Below, in pieces: positions 34,864-43,447 of a stretch of DNA of 64,000 bases. The stretch's first letter is position 1. The number at the start of each line of letters is the position of its first letter. The notes under the pieces were generated by a model that saw only the letters and a program-made list of their open reading frames with translations, did not search any database and was not told the DNA's origin. A program made the position numbers and the translations under genes. Origin of the DNA: an uncultured Actinomycetes bacterium (GTDB lineage: Bacteria > Actinomycetota > Thermoleophilia > Solirubrobacterales > Solirubrobacteraceae); contig CAWAZH010000006.1 of the NCBI GenBank assembly GCA_963786575.1, positions 21,993 through 85,992 of the forward strand, in the 5' to 3' direction.

Positions 34864-37005
34864 TCAGCAATCCGGGGGATCGCCGTACAGGTCGACGAAC
34901 TTGCCGCTGACCCACCGCCCCGCGAGGTCGGCCGGCCCGGCAAGGTGAAGCCACGTCGTCGCCGCGGCCGCATCCGGCTCGTCTGCGACGAGCGCAACCG
35001 CATCGGGCTCGGCCGGGCCGGGCTCGGCCGGGCCGGGCTCGGCCGGGCCGGGCTCGGCCGCGGTCTGGCACGCGACATCGACGACGCGGTCCCGATCGAG
35101 GGTCGCGACGACGTCGCGGGGATTGTCGCTGAGTTCTGGGGACGCCCGCACGGCAACCGCATCCGCGGAGATGAAGCCGGGCACCGCGTCGGTCGGGCCG
35201 CACGCCCGAGTCGGGCTTCCGACCGAGACGAGTCGCTTGTGGTCGCGCCCGATACACGCGCCCTCGTCGCCGATGTCGAAGTACCACGGCGGGGCGCGGA
35301 GGCTCCGGCAGATGATCCCGGTCACTCGCGAGCCGCAGAAGAAGGTGCCGCCCGGCGTGATGAAATCGGCGCCGACACCCATCTTCCTGGGAGCAGACAG
35401 TGTCGACAGGAGGCCGCTGTCGACCACCGCGGGCCGCGCGCCGGCCGGCATCGCGATCGTCACGTTGGCTGGATTTGAGTGACAGACCACCTCGTCGTCG
35501 TCAGCCTGGCAGACCTGACGTCCGTCGGCGCTCGCGAACTCGCCGCTGTACGTCGCCTTCCATTTGTCGCAGGGCCGCGGGCCGCTGCCCTGGGGACCGG
35601 TTTCGCTCTCCGTGTTGAGCCGCGCCATCGCGTCCTTGTCGCCGAACACCACCCAGACCGTGCCTCCGCTGGTGGCGATCGCCTTCGGTCGCGAGCCGAT
35701 CGCGAACGTCGCGGTGTGCCCGTCATCGGGCGCTACGCGCGTGACCGTTCCGTCCGTCTTGTTGGCGACCCACACAAATCCGTCCTCCCCGACGGTGATC
35801 GCGCTCGGCCCCCGGCCCACGCGGATCGCAGGCCCGACCTGGCCCGTGGCGCTGTCGATCGAGTTCACCGTCCCGTCACACCCGTTCGTCACCCAGGCTG
35901 TCTCACCGTCGGCGGTGAGCGCAATCTTGTGAGGCCCGTTGCCGACGAGCGCTCGGGTCGGCGCCAGCTTCAGATCGTCGCCACCGTCGCCGACATCGAT
36001 CCAGCGGACGGATCGCTCGTTGAGGATCGAGCGATCGCGCTCGAGGTCTGTGCGCGAGTTGACTTCGGCCGCGAACCAGATGCGGCGCGGGCCCGCGGCG
36101 ACGTCGCTGAAAACGATGTGGACGGGAATATCCTGCACGACGTCTCGTCGGTCGCCAACGCGTATCCGGTGCACGATGCGGTTCGGCATCCGCGGCCCAG
36201 AGCGTGTCTCCCGCCGGGTTGATCGCAAGGGCTGGGGAGCGGTCCGAAGCGGACCTCCGAGACCTTCTTGAGGTGCTTCGGGTCGATGCGCGTGAGGGTC
36301 GACGCCGGACATGTCTTGTCCGCGACCGGGGCGGCAACTCAGCGCCCACACCCATTCTGTGCTCACGACGACGCTGCTTGCGAGGTTGCCCACAGAGACC
36401 CCCCGCACTCGCGTGCCTGATTGCGTGAGCCAGACCGAATCGGGCGCCGGGTCGTCGGCGGGACCGTTGTACGCGACCCAGACGGTGTCCTTCTTCACCC
36501 CCGGATCCGGGGGCGACACCGCTGCGTCGACTCCGACACTCGGCGTGGTGTCGCGCGGTTGGTGCGCCGCGGCTTCGGCTCGCGTCGGTGGCCAGTGGCT
36601 GAACGGCGTCGTTCCGAGGACGCCCTTCCACACTCCGGCCAGAGCACCCACGCTCACCAGCGCGACGACGCCCCACGCCCGTAGTCGCAGCGCGCGCTTG
36701 ACCCGATCGGTCGCCTGGTCGCCGGCGCGAAGCAGCGCGTCACGATCCTGGCCGCCTGACGTGAGCACCCGAAACGCCCGTGCCCGTCGAAACCCGCTCA
36801 CGCGGCTGTCCAGTTCCGTCGACAGCTCCGACTGCGCCGCCTGCACCTGAGCACTGCTCTCGTCGGTGGCCTTCATCACAGCCGCCACGCGCTTCTGGAC
36901 CTCGAGCAGGTGGGCGCGCCGGTCCGTGAACCATTTCGTCAACAGCCCGAGCGCGATCGCCACCACAGGAGTACCGAGGACCAGCAGGAGGTCTTCGGTA
37001 CTCAC
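34864..37005 (-). CDS. membrane-anchored hypothetical protein with YVTN-type beta-propeller repeats, Cys-rich region, (AEPGP)n linker and SH3-like C-terminus. Lower GC than the surroundings. Three internal compensating 1-nt insertions.
   Basis: 713-aa open ORF. N-terminal TM plus a coiled region. Repeats such as GTVNSIDSATGQVGPAIRVGRGPSAITVGEDGFVWVANKTDGTVTRV. The region coded by about 36181-36300 reads better in the other two frames (TLTRIDPKHLKKVSEVRFGPLPS / LAINPAGDTLWAADAE). Many A/T-ending codons. Confidence 0.7.
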   Translation of the reverse strand: MSTEDLLLVLGTPVVAIALGLLTKWFTDRRAHLLEVQKRVAAVMKATDESSAQVQAAQSELSTELDSRVSGFRRARAFRVLTSGGQDRDALLRAGDQATDRVKRALRLRAWGVVALVSVGALAGVWKGVLGTTPFSHWPPTRAEAAAHQPRDTTPSVGVDAAVSPPDPGVKKDTVWVAYNGPADDPAPDSVWLTQSGTRVRGVSVGNLASSVVVSTEWVWALSCRPGRGQDMSGVDPHAHRPEAPQEGLGGPLRTAPQPLRSTRRETRSGPRMPNRIVHRIRVGDRRDVVQDIPVHIVFSDVAAGPRRIWFAAEVNSRTDLERDRSILNERSVRWIDVGDGGDDLKLAPTRALVGNGPHKIALTADGETAWVTNGCDGTVNSIDSATGQVGPAIRVGRGPSAITVGEDGFVWVANKTDGTVTRVAPDDGHTATFAIGSRPKAIATSGGTVWVVFGDKDAMARLNTESETGPQGSGPRPCDKWKATYSGEFASADGRQVCQADDDEVVCHSNPANVTIAMPAGARPAVVDSGLLSTLSAPRKMGVGADFITPGGTFFCGSRVTGIICRSLRAPPWYFDIGDEGACIGRDHKRLVSVGSPTRACGPTDAVPGFISADAVAVRASPELSDNPRDVVATLDRDRVVDVACQTAAEPGPAEPGPAEPGPAEPDAVALVADEPDAAAATTWLHLAGPADLAGRWVSGKFVDLYGDPPDC
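35005..35060. repeat. 15-bp tandem repeat GGGCTCGGCCGGGCC x3.7
   Basis: Read directly. It encodes AEPGP x3-4 within the 34864..37005 gene. Confidence 0.95.
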
Positions 37006-37045
37006 GGCGCCACCGTAACCGAAAGGGAGGACTTCACCGCCGCGG

Positions 37046-37069
37046 CGCTCAGCGCCGCCGCAACCCCCG
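37046..37069. repeat. right copy of the 24-bp direct repeat, inside the 3' end of the flippase gene
   Basis: Identical to 34840-34863. Covers codons GLRRR plus the stop of CDS 37049..38497. Confidence 0.95.
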
Positions 37070-38497
37070 CAGACCCGCGCGCTCCTCCGGGCGCATGAAG
37101 CCCGTGAGCGCGAACGCCACGGGCAGCGCCGCGAGCGCCAGCGCGCGCGCCGCGAAGCCGCCCGCGCCGCTGGTCGGCAGCAGCAGCTCGCCGGCGACCG
37201 AGACGCCCACCAGCAGCGCCGCCGCGTGCGCCAGCCGGCCCCACTCGAAGGGCACGGTGAACAGGCGGCGCGTGAGCAGGTGCAGGACGACGAGCATCAC
37301 CGCGTAGGACGCGACGAGGGCGATGCCGGCGCCCTTGATCCCGAGCGGGTCGACGAGCAGTACGAGCACGACGACGTTGACGACGACGCCGGCGAACGCC
37401 GCGGGGAACGTCCGCGTCGTCACGCCCGCCCGGCCGCCGATCGTCACGAGCACGAGGAACAGCCCGTACATCGCCCAGCCCAGCGCGACCCACGGCAGCG
37501 CCTCGTGCGCCTCGAAGTACTCCGGCGCGGCGAGCAGGCGAACGACCCAGCGGCCGAGCAGCGTCAGGCCGGCGACGACGAGCCCCGCGACGACGACGTA
37601 CCAGGTCGTGACCGCCGCGTAGAAGCGGCGGGCGCGGTCGTCGTCCTCGATCGAGTAGGCGAGCGGCGGCCAGGCGAGCTGGAAGCCGCGCACCGCGAGG
37701 ATCACCGCCGTCGCGAGCTTCACCGACAGCGCGAACAGGCCGGCCGCGGCCGCGCTCTGCGAGCGCAGGATGTAGGCGCGGTCGATGACGTTCAGCGCGA
37801 AGACGGTCGCGTCGGCGGGCACGGTCGGGACGCCGAAGGCCAGCAGCGGCGCCAGCGCGAACGAGTCGCCGACCTGCAGCCCCAGGCGCCCGCGCAGCGT
37901 CCACCACAGGCCGGCGAGGACGACCGCGGACGCCGCGTAGTTGCCCAGCAGGTAGCCGCGCGCGCCCTGGTCGAGCACGACCACAAGCGTGACCGTCAGC
38001 ACCACGCTCAGCACGACGTTGCTCAGGGACGCGATCAGATACGTGCGCCGGCGCTCGTCGACCCGCAGCAGCGCGTAGGCGATCTCGAGGTTCGTGAACG
38101 ACCACAGGCCGAGGACGGCGATCCGCATGAGCCCGGCCTCCTCGAAGCCGAGCAGCAGCTCGCTGAGCGGCCCCGCGAGCGCAACGGCGAGCAGTGAGGC
38201 CGTGGTCGTCGTCAGCAGCACCGCGGCGCTCGTCGTGCGCGCGAGCTTGTCGCGCTCGTCCTCGGGCGTCGTGAAGTAGAAGCGCACGAACGCCTCGCCG
38301 AGCCCCAGGCGCAGCAGGATCGACGCGAGGATGATGAACGTCAGCAGCGTCTCGGCGACGCCGAAGTCCGACCGGCTCAGCGCCCGCGTGTACAGCGGCA
38401 GCGTCACGAGCGCCAGCACGGCCGACGCGACGCTCGCCGCCTGGTAGCTCGCGCCGCCCCTCAGCAGGCGCGTGAAGAGGCTGGCCACTCCCGCCAC
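37049..38497 (-). CDS. oligosaccharide/polysaccharide flippase (Wzx-like, MOP superfamily)
   Basis: 482 aa with about 12-14 TM helices. N-terminal region SVASAVLALVTLPLYTRALSRSDFGVAETLLTFIIL is typical of polysaccharide biosynthesis (Polysacc_synt) proteins. Confidence 0.85.
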   Translation of the reverse strand: MAGVASLFTRLLRGGASYQAASVASAVLALVTLPLYTRALSRSDFGVAETLLTFIILASILLRLGLGEAFVRFYFTTPEDERDKLARTTSAAVLLTTTTASLLAVALAGPLSELLLGFEEAGLMRIAVLGLWSFTNLEIAYALLRVDERRRTYLIASLSNVVLSVVLTVTLVVVLDQGARGYLLGNYAASAVVLAGLWWTLRGRLGLQVGDSFALAPLLAFGVPTVPADATVFALNVIDRAYILRSQSAAAAGLFALSVKLATAVILAVRGFQLAWPPLAYSIEDDDRARRFYAAVTTWYVVVAGLVVAGLTLLGRWVVRLLAAPEYFEAHEALPWVALGWAMYGLFLVLVTIGGRAGVTTRTFPAAFAGVVVNVVVLVLLVDPLGIKGAGIALVASYAVMLVVLHLLTRRLFTVPFEWGRLAHAAALLVGVSVAGELLLPTSGAGGFAARALALAALPVAFALTGFMRPEERAGLRGLRRR

Positions 38498-38511
38498 GCT
38501 ACTGTCCGCAC

Positions 38512-39543
38512 GTGCCGGATCCGCGCGCCCTCCTGCTGCTCCCGCGACCGCTGGAGGGCTTCATCCTCGCCGACCAGGCCCGCGATCTCCTGCGCGCCGA
38601 GGGCGTCGCCGCCGCTGATCCGCCGCGCATCCCCTACGGCGCGATCGCGCGCCTGCCGCGCCCGCTGCGCAACCGCCTCGCGCGCGGGACCGCGCGCCGG
38701 CTGCTGCGAACGCTGAAGGGCGACCTGCGCGCGGTCGCGATCTTTCACCCGGTGCAGTGGCCGCTGGCGCAGGCGCTGCTGGCCGCCCGGCCGCAGGCCG
38801 AGCTCTGGTACGGGCGCTGGGACCGCTACGAGGTCGCCTACGACGCGTCGCCGCGCATGCGCGCCCGCCTGGCCGCGCTGCACGAGGCGGCCGCCGCGCG
38901 CTCGTCGCTGACGTTCGTCGTCTCCGGCAAGCTCGCCGAGCTCGAGCGCGAGGCCGGGCGCGAGGCGCAGCTCGTCGGCCTCGCCGCCGACTCGTTCCCC
39001 GCGCCCGACCCCGGCGCCGCGGTCATCGCGGTCTCGCTCGGGCACCTCGGCTGGCGCACCGACTGGGCGCTGCTGCGCGCCGTCGCCGAGCGGATGCCCG
39101 AGCTCGTCCTGCTGCTCGTCGGCGAGTGGCACGCGGACGAGTGCAAGGCCGACGCCGACTTCGCCTGGTGTCGCGCGGCGCCGAACCTCGTCTGGCTCGG
39201 GCGCCAGTCCGACGAGGCGGCGGCGCGGCTGATCCTCTGCGCCGACGTCGGGATCCTGCCGTTCCGCGTCGAGCCGTTCAACGACGCCGCGCTGCCCTAC
39301 CGGATCCTCAAGTACGCGCGCCTGGGCCGGCGCACGGTCTCGCCCGAGCTCGCCGGGGTGCACACCTGGGACCGCGCGGTGACGACGGCGCCCGACGCCG
39401 GCGCCTTCGCCGACGCGCTGCGCGCGCAGGCGGGCGCGCGGATGAACCCCGACGCGGCGCTGCGCGCGTGGGCGCTGGAGCAGACCGCCGAGCGCGTCAA
39501 CGCGCCGCTGTGGGAGCGCCTGCGCGAGCTCGGCCTGGCGTAG
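38512..39543 (+). CDS. putative glycosyltransferase (GT-B, TuaH-like)
   Basis: 343 aa, GTG start. The C-terminal half (VGEWHAD...NLVWLGRQSDEAAARLILCADVGILPFRVEPFNDAALPYRILKYARLGRRTV) resembles the nucleotide-sugar binding half of GT4-like enzymes. The assignment is tentative. Confidence 0.5.
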   Translation: MPDPRALLLLPRPLEGFILADQARDLLRAEGVAAADPPRIPYGAIARLPRPLRNRLARGTARRLLRTLKGDLRAVAIFHPVQWPLAQALLAARPQAELWYGRWDRYEVAYDASPRMRARLAALHEAAAARSSLTFVVSGKLAELEREAGREAQLVGLAADSFPAPDPGAAVIAVSLGHLGWRTDWALLRAVAERMPELVLLLVGEWHADECKADADFAWCRAAPNLVWLGRQSDEAAARLILCADVGILPFRVEPFNDAALPYRILKYARLGRRTVSPELAGVHTWDRAVTTAPDAGAFADALRAQAGARMNPDAALRAWALEQTAERVNAPLWERLRELGLA

Positions 39544-39545
39544 CC

Positions 39546-39908
39546 CTAGGCCGCCCAGGGCAGCGGCCGCTCGCCCTCGGCCGTCGTCACCGCCGGCGCC
39601 GCGCCCGACGCGACGAGCGCGACGAGCCCGTCCGGGGCGCTGACCTGCCGCGTCACGTGCGCCGGCAGGACGAGGACGTCGCCGGCGTCGGCGGTCTCGG
39701 CGCAGCCGTCGACGATCGCCGCCGCCCGCCCCTCGAGCAGCACCCAGACCTGCTCGCGGTCGACCGCGTGCTGCGGTCCCGCCTGCCCAGCCCGCATCTC
39801 CACGCGCCACAACGAGAGCTCCTGCGCGCCGCGCGACGGCGCGGCGAGCGTGCGCATGCTCGCGTTGGGGGTCTCGAACACCTTCGCCGCCTCGCTCGTC
39901 AGTACCAC
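39546..39908 (-). CDS. cupin domain-containing protein
   Basis: 120 aa with a cupin-like beta-barrel core (LWRVEMRAGQAGPQHAVDREQVWVLLEGRAAAIVDG...GDVLVLPAHVTRQV). Confidence 0.7.
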   Translation of the reverse strand: MVLTSEAAKVFETPNASMRTLAAPSRGAQELSLWRVEMRAGQAGPQHAVDREQVWVLLEGRAAAIVDGCAETADAGDVLVLPAHVTRQVSAPDGLVALVASGAAPAVTTAEGERPLPWAA

Positions 39909-39920
39909 GGTGTGCTCCTA

Positions 39921-39968
39921 TTCGTAAAGACGCTTTCCCTTCTTGCGAGAAAGGTACACGCGCTTTAC
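39921..39968. promoter_or_regulatory. AT-richer divergent promoter region with nested imperfect palindrome (candidate MarR operator)
   Basis: GTAAAGACGCTTTCCcttcttgcgaGAAAGGTACACGCGCTTTAC. The outer GTAAAG/CTTTAC and inner CTTTC/GAAAG arms are complementary. It lies between the divergent cupin and MarR genes. Confidence 0.3.
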
Positions 39969-39978
39969 CATCTCGTCA

Positions 39979-40440
39979 ATGGCCGATGTCGAGGGCTGGG
40001 AGATCGCGGTCGCGCTGCTACAGAGCTCGCGCGCGCTCGTCGACGAGCTGCATGCCCGGCTCGAGCAGCGCGGGCACCCGGGGCTGCGCCCGGTCCACGG
40101 CTACGCGTTTCAGTCCGTCGGGGCCGGCGGCACGACCTCGGGCGCGCTGGCGGTCGACCTCGGCATGACGAAGCAGGCCGCGGGACAGATCGTCGACGAG
40201 CTCGCCCGCAAGGGCTACCTGCGGCGCACGAGCGATGCCGCGGACCGGCGGCGCAAGCTCATCGTCCTCACCGAGCGCGGCGAGGACTGCCTGCGCCAAT
40301 CGGCGGCGATCTTCGAGGAGCTGCGGCGCGAGTGGACCGAGCGCGTCGGCGCCGATCGCCTGGCCGCGCTCGACGAGGACCTGCGCGCGCTGCTGGACCT
40401 CTACCAGCGTCCCGGCCAGGGGCTGCGCCCGGTCTGGTGA
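39979..40440 (+). CDS. MarR family transcriptional regulator
   Basis: ATG 39979. Winged-helix block LAVDLGMTKQAAGQIVDELARKGYLRRTSDAADRRRKLIVLTERG. Confidence 0.88.
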   Translation: MADVEGWEIAVALLQSSRALVDELHARLEQRGHPGLRPVHGYAFQSVGAGGTTSGALAVDLGMTKQAAGQIVDELARKGYLRRTSDAADRRRKLIVLTERGEDCLRQSAAIFEELRREWTERVGADRLAALDEDLRALLDLYQRPGQGLRPVW

Positions 40441-40946
40441 CCGAGGAGCTGCTCACCGAGCGCCTGCGGCTGCGACGCTGGCGTCCCGACGACGCCGTCG
40501 CGATGGGCGCGATCAACCGCGACCCGGAGGTCGCGCGCTACCTCAACGCGCCGACCGACGACGCGGCGGTCGATGCCTTCGTCGGGCAGCGGATCGAGCA
40601 CTGGGAGGCGCACGGCTTCGGCTTCTGGGCCGTCGAGCTGCTCGCGACGCAGGAGCTCGTCGGCTTCGCCGGCGTCGGCTACCCGCTGTTCCTGGCGCCG
40701 GTCGCGCACCGGCCCGAGCTCGGCTGGCGCCTGGCCCGCCACGCCTGGGGGCGCGGCCTGGCCACCGAGGCAGCGGCCGCCGCCCGCGACGACGCGCTCG
40801 GCCGGCTCGGGCTCGCGGAGCTCATCTCGATCATCCATCCCGCCAACAAGCGCTCGCAGTCGGTCGCGCGCAAGCTCGGGATGAGCATCGACACGCTCGT
40901 GCGCCATCCGGGCCTCGGACTCGACGTCGAGATCTGGCGAACGTAG
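40437..40946 (+). CDS. GNAT family N-acetyltransferase (RimJ/RimL-like)
   Basis: GTG 40437 overlaps the MarR stop (GTGA). LTERLRLRRWRPDDA ... GWRLARHAWGRGLATEAA ... NKRSQSVARKLGM. Confidence 0.85.
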   Translation: MTEELLTERLRLRRWRPDDAVAMGAINRDPEVARYLNAPTDDAAVDAFVGQRIEHWEAHGFGFWAVELLATQELVGFAGVGYPLFLAPVAHRPELGWRLARHAWGRGLATEAAAAARDDALGRLGLAELISIIHPANKRSQSVARKLGMSIDTLVRHPGLGLDVEIWRT

Positions 40947-40947
40947 G

Positions 40948-41841
40948 TCAGGCCGGCTGGGCGACATCGCGCGCGAGGCCCGCGACGTCGAGGATGCCGA
41001 GCGCGCCGAGGCCGCCGGCCCGCCGCGCCGAGCTCGCCGGCGCGCCCGCCCGCAGGCAGGCGGCGAGCGCCTCGGGATCGTCGCTGGCGACGGCGAGTCG
41101 CCGCGTCGCCAGCGCCTCGCGAAACGGTCGCTGGAGCATGACGGGCTCGCTGAGCTCGAGCCAGACGTCGACGCGACCGCGCGCCGCCAGCAGCGCGACG
41201 GCGTCGCGCTCGGTCAGCGCCCGCCCGCCCGCGACGCGCTCGGTGCGCGCGACCGCCCTCTCCACGGCTCCGTGCGGCACGCGCACGCGGTACAGCGGGC
41301 CGTTGCGCAGCACGGCCGCGGACGCGCCGACGCGGTGCGGGTAGGCGCGCGCGCCGAGCGCGAAGCCCCAGAGCCAGACGAGCGCGTAGGCGTGCAGCGC
41401 GGTGAAGATCCAGGCGACGAGGCCGCCTCCCAGCAGCAGGTGCATCGCGACGCCCTCGCTCACGACGACCGGCGTCAGCGCGAGCGCGAGCGCCAGCCCG
41501 AAGGTGCCGCGGTGATAGGCCATCCCCGGCCCCTGGCGCCCGAGCAGCAGCCGCGGCAGCGCGGTCATGACGTCGAGCTCCGTCCGCGCGAGCGCCCGTC
41601 CGCGGGGGTGCATCAGCAGATCGCGCAGCGCCTCGCCGCGCTCCCCGCCCAGCCGCCACGCGGCGACCGCCACGGCCGTCCACAGCGCGGCGCGCACGCC
41701 GAGCACGAGCGCGCCCTGATGCACGCCGTAGACGTGCCCGACGACCAGCGCGACCGGCACCGTGACGACGAACGACCAGCGCCTGATCCGGCGCACGCGC
41801 GGTCGCATGAGCCACGCGACCAGGGCGTCGAGCAGGCGCAT
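40948..41841 (-). CDS. hypothetical membrane protein (4-5 TM plus soluble C-terminal domain)
   Basis: ATG 41841 overlaps the stop of the upstream MFS gene (ATGA). Hydrophobic N-terminal half. No family recognised. Confidence 0.6.
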   Translation of the reverse strand: MRLLDALVAWLMRPRVRRIRRWSFVVTVPVALVVGHVYGVHQGALVLGVRAALWTAVAVAAWRLGGERGEALRDLLMHPRGRALARTELDVMTALPRLLLGRQGPGMAYHRGTFGLALALALTPVVVSEGVAMHLLLGGGLVAWIFTALHAYALVWLWGFALGARAYPHRVGASAAVLRNGPLYRVRVPHGAVERAVARTERVAGGRALTERDAVALLAARGRVDVWLELSEPVMLQRPFREALATRRLAVASDDPEALAACLRAGAPASSARRAGGLGALGILDVAGLARDVAQPA

Positions 41842-43397
41842 CACGCCGCGGCGGCCTCCATCGCGGCGGCCTCGGGCTGATCCGGCCGCGGCGGGCCGTG
41901 CCCGACGAAGTCGCTGCCGCGCACGAGCGCGAGGGCGAAGATGGCGCCGACGAACGCGATCCCCGCGCCGACGAGCAGGATGTCGTTGAGCGCCGCCGTG
42001 AACGCGACGTGGATCGCGTGCTCCAGGCGCGGGCGGGCGGCCGCGGGCGTGGCGGCGATCGCCTGCGGCGCGCCGCCGCCGCTGACCGCGTGGGCGAGGC
42101 CGTCGCTGCGACCGGCGCCGGGGGTGCCGGCCAGCGCGGTCGTGAGGTGCTGGGTGACCTTGCTCTGGAAGATCGCGCCGAGGCCGGCGATGCCGGTGGC
42201 GATGCCGACCTGCCGGAACGTCGAGCTGATCCCCGACGCCATCCCGCTGCGGGCGGGCGCGACGACGCCGATGGCGGCGTTGGCGATCGACGGGTTGATC
42301 GTGCCGATGCCGATGCCGGCGACGACGAACCCGGGCAGCAGCTCGGTCCAGCTCGAGGCGGCGTCGACGCCGCGCATGAGCACGAGGCCGGCGCCGACGA
42401 GCATCAGCCCGCCGCCGAGCAGCCCGCGCGCCGGCAGCTTCGCGGTGAGCTTGCCCGAGACGGCCGCGGCGACGAACGACAGCAGCGTGATCGGCAGGAA
42501 GCGCAGGCCGGTCTCCAGCGGGCCGTAGCCGAGGATCGTCTGCACGTACAGCGTGATGTAGAGGAACATCGCGAACATCGACGCCGACAGCGCGAAGGCG
42601 GCGATCGACGCGCCCACGAAGGTGCGGTTGCGAAACAGCGAGAGGTCGAACATCGGCGAGGCGCTGCGCCGCTCGACCTCGATGAAGAGCGCCAGCAGCA
42701 GTCCCGAGGCGACGAGCATGCCGACGATCGGCGCGCTGCTCCAGCCCTCCTCGTTGCCGCGGATGAGCGCGAAGACGAGCAGGAACAGGGCGGCGCTGAA
42801 GGTGACCAGGCCACCCCAGTCGATCGGCCCGGCGTTCTCGTCGCGCGACTCGGGCAGCTTGCGCATCGTGATCGCGATCGTCGCGATGCCGATCGGGACG
42901 TTGAGGTAGAAGATCGACGGCCAGCCGAAGCCGCTCGTCAGGGCGCCGCCGACGAGCGGGCCGATCGCCACGGCAGCGCCGGTCGTCGCGCCCCAGATGC
43001 CAAAGGCGGTCCCGCGCTCGCGGCCCTGGAACTCCTGCGCGAGCAGCGCCAGCGAGGTCGCGAACATCGCGGCGCCGCCGATGCCCTGCGCGCCGCGCGC
43101 GAGGATCAGGACGAGCGCGCTGGGCGCCAGCGCGCACAGCACCGACGCGACCGTGAAGCTCGCCAGGCCGAAGGCGAACACGCGCCGGCGCCCGAGCAGG
43201 TCGGCGAGCGACCCCGCCGTCAGCAGCAGCGCGGCGAGCATCAGCGCGTAGGCGTCGATCACCCACTGCAGGTCGCTGAACGACGTGTCGAGCTCGCTCG
43301 CGATGTCCGGCAGCGCGACATTCACGATCGTGATGTCGAGCAGCAGCATGAACGTCGCCAGGCAGACGGCGAGGAGGGTCCACCACTTGCGTGCCAT
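41841..43397 (-). CDS. MFS transporter, DHA2 (EmrB/QacA, 14-TM) family
   Basis: LLDITIVNVALPDIASEL ... LADLLGRRRVF ... SIFYLNVPIG are typical DHA2 signatures. Start taken at MARKWW (43397). Confidence 0.88.
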   Translation of the reverse strand: MARKWWTLLAVCLATFMLLLDITIVNVALPDIASELDTSFSDLQWVIDAYALMLAALLLTAGSLADLLGRRRVFAFGLASFTVASVLCALAPSALVLILARGAQGIGGAAMFATSLALLAQEFQGRERGTAFGIWGATTGAAVAIGPLVGGALTSGFGWPSIFYLNVPIGIATIAITMRKLPESRDENAGPIDWGGLVTFSAALFLLVFALIRGNEEGWSSAPIVGMLVASGLLLALFIEVERRSASPMFDLSLFRNRTFVGASIAAFALSASMFAMFLYITLYVQTILGYGPLETGLRFLPITLLSFVAAAVSGKLTAKLPARGLLGGGLMLVGAGLVLMRGVDAASSWTELLPGFVVAGIGIGTINPSIANAAIGVVAPARSGMASGISSTFRQVGIATGIAGLGAIFQSKVTQHLTTALAGTPGAGRSDGLAHAVSGGGAPQAIAATPAAARPRLEHAIHVAFTAALNDILLVGAGIAFVGAIFALALVRGSDFVGHGPPRPDQPEAAAMEAAAA

Positions 43398-43447
43398 CAG
43401 CCAGGAGGTTACGCAGGCGAGCTCCCCGGCCCGCCACACTTCACAGG

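Noticed and set aside
35005-35060. The 15-bp tandem repeat as a possible CRISPR-like array.
   Set aside because: The units are contiguous with no spacers and lie in frame inside a coding sequence (AEPGP repeats). No cas genes are present anywhere in the window.
9600-36310. Programmed ribosomal frameshifting as an explanation for the frame breaks.
   Set aside because: There are no slippery heptamers or downstream pseudoknot candidates at the break points. The breaks occur in unrelated gene families, mostly as simple base doublings, and sometimes three per gene.
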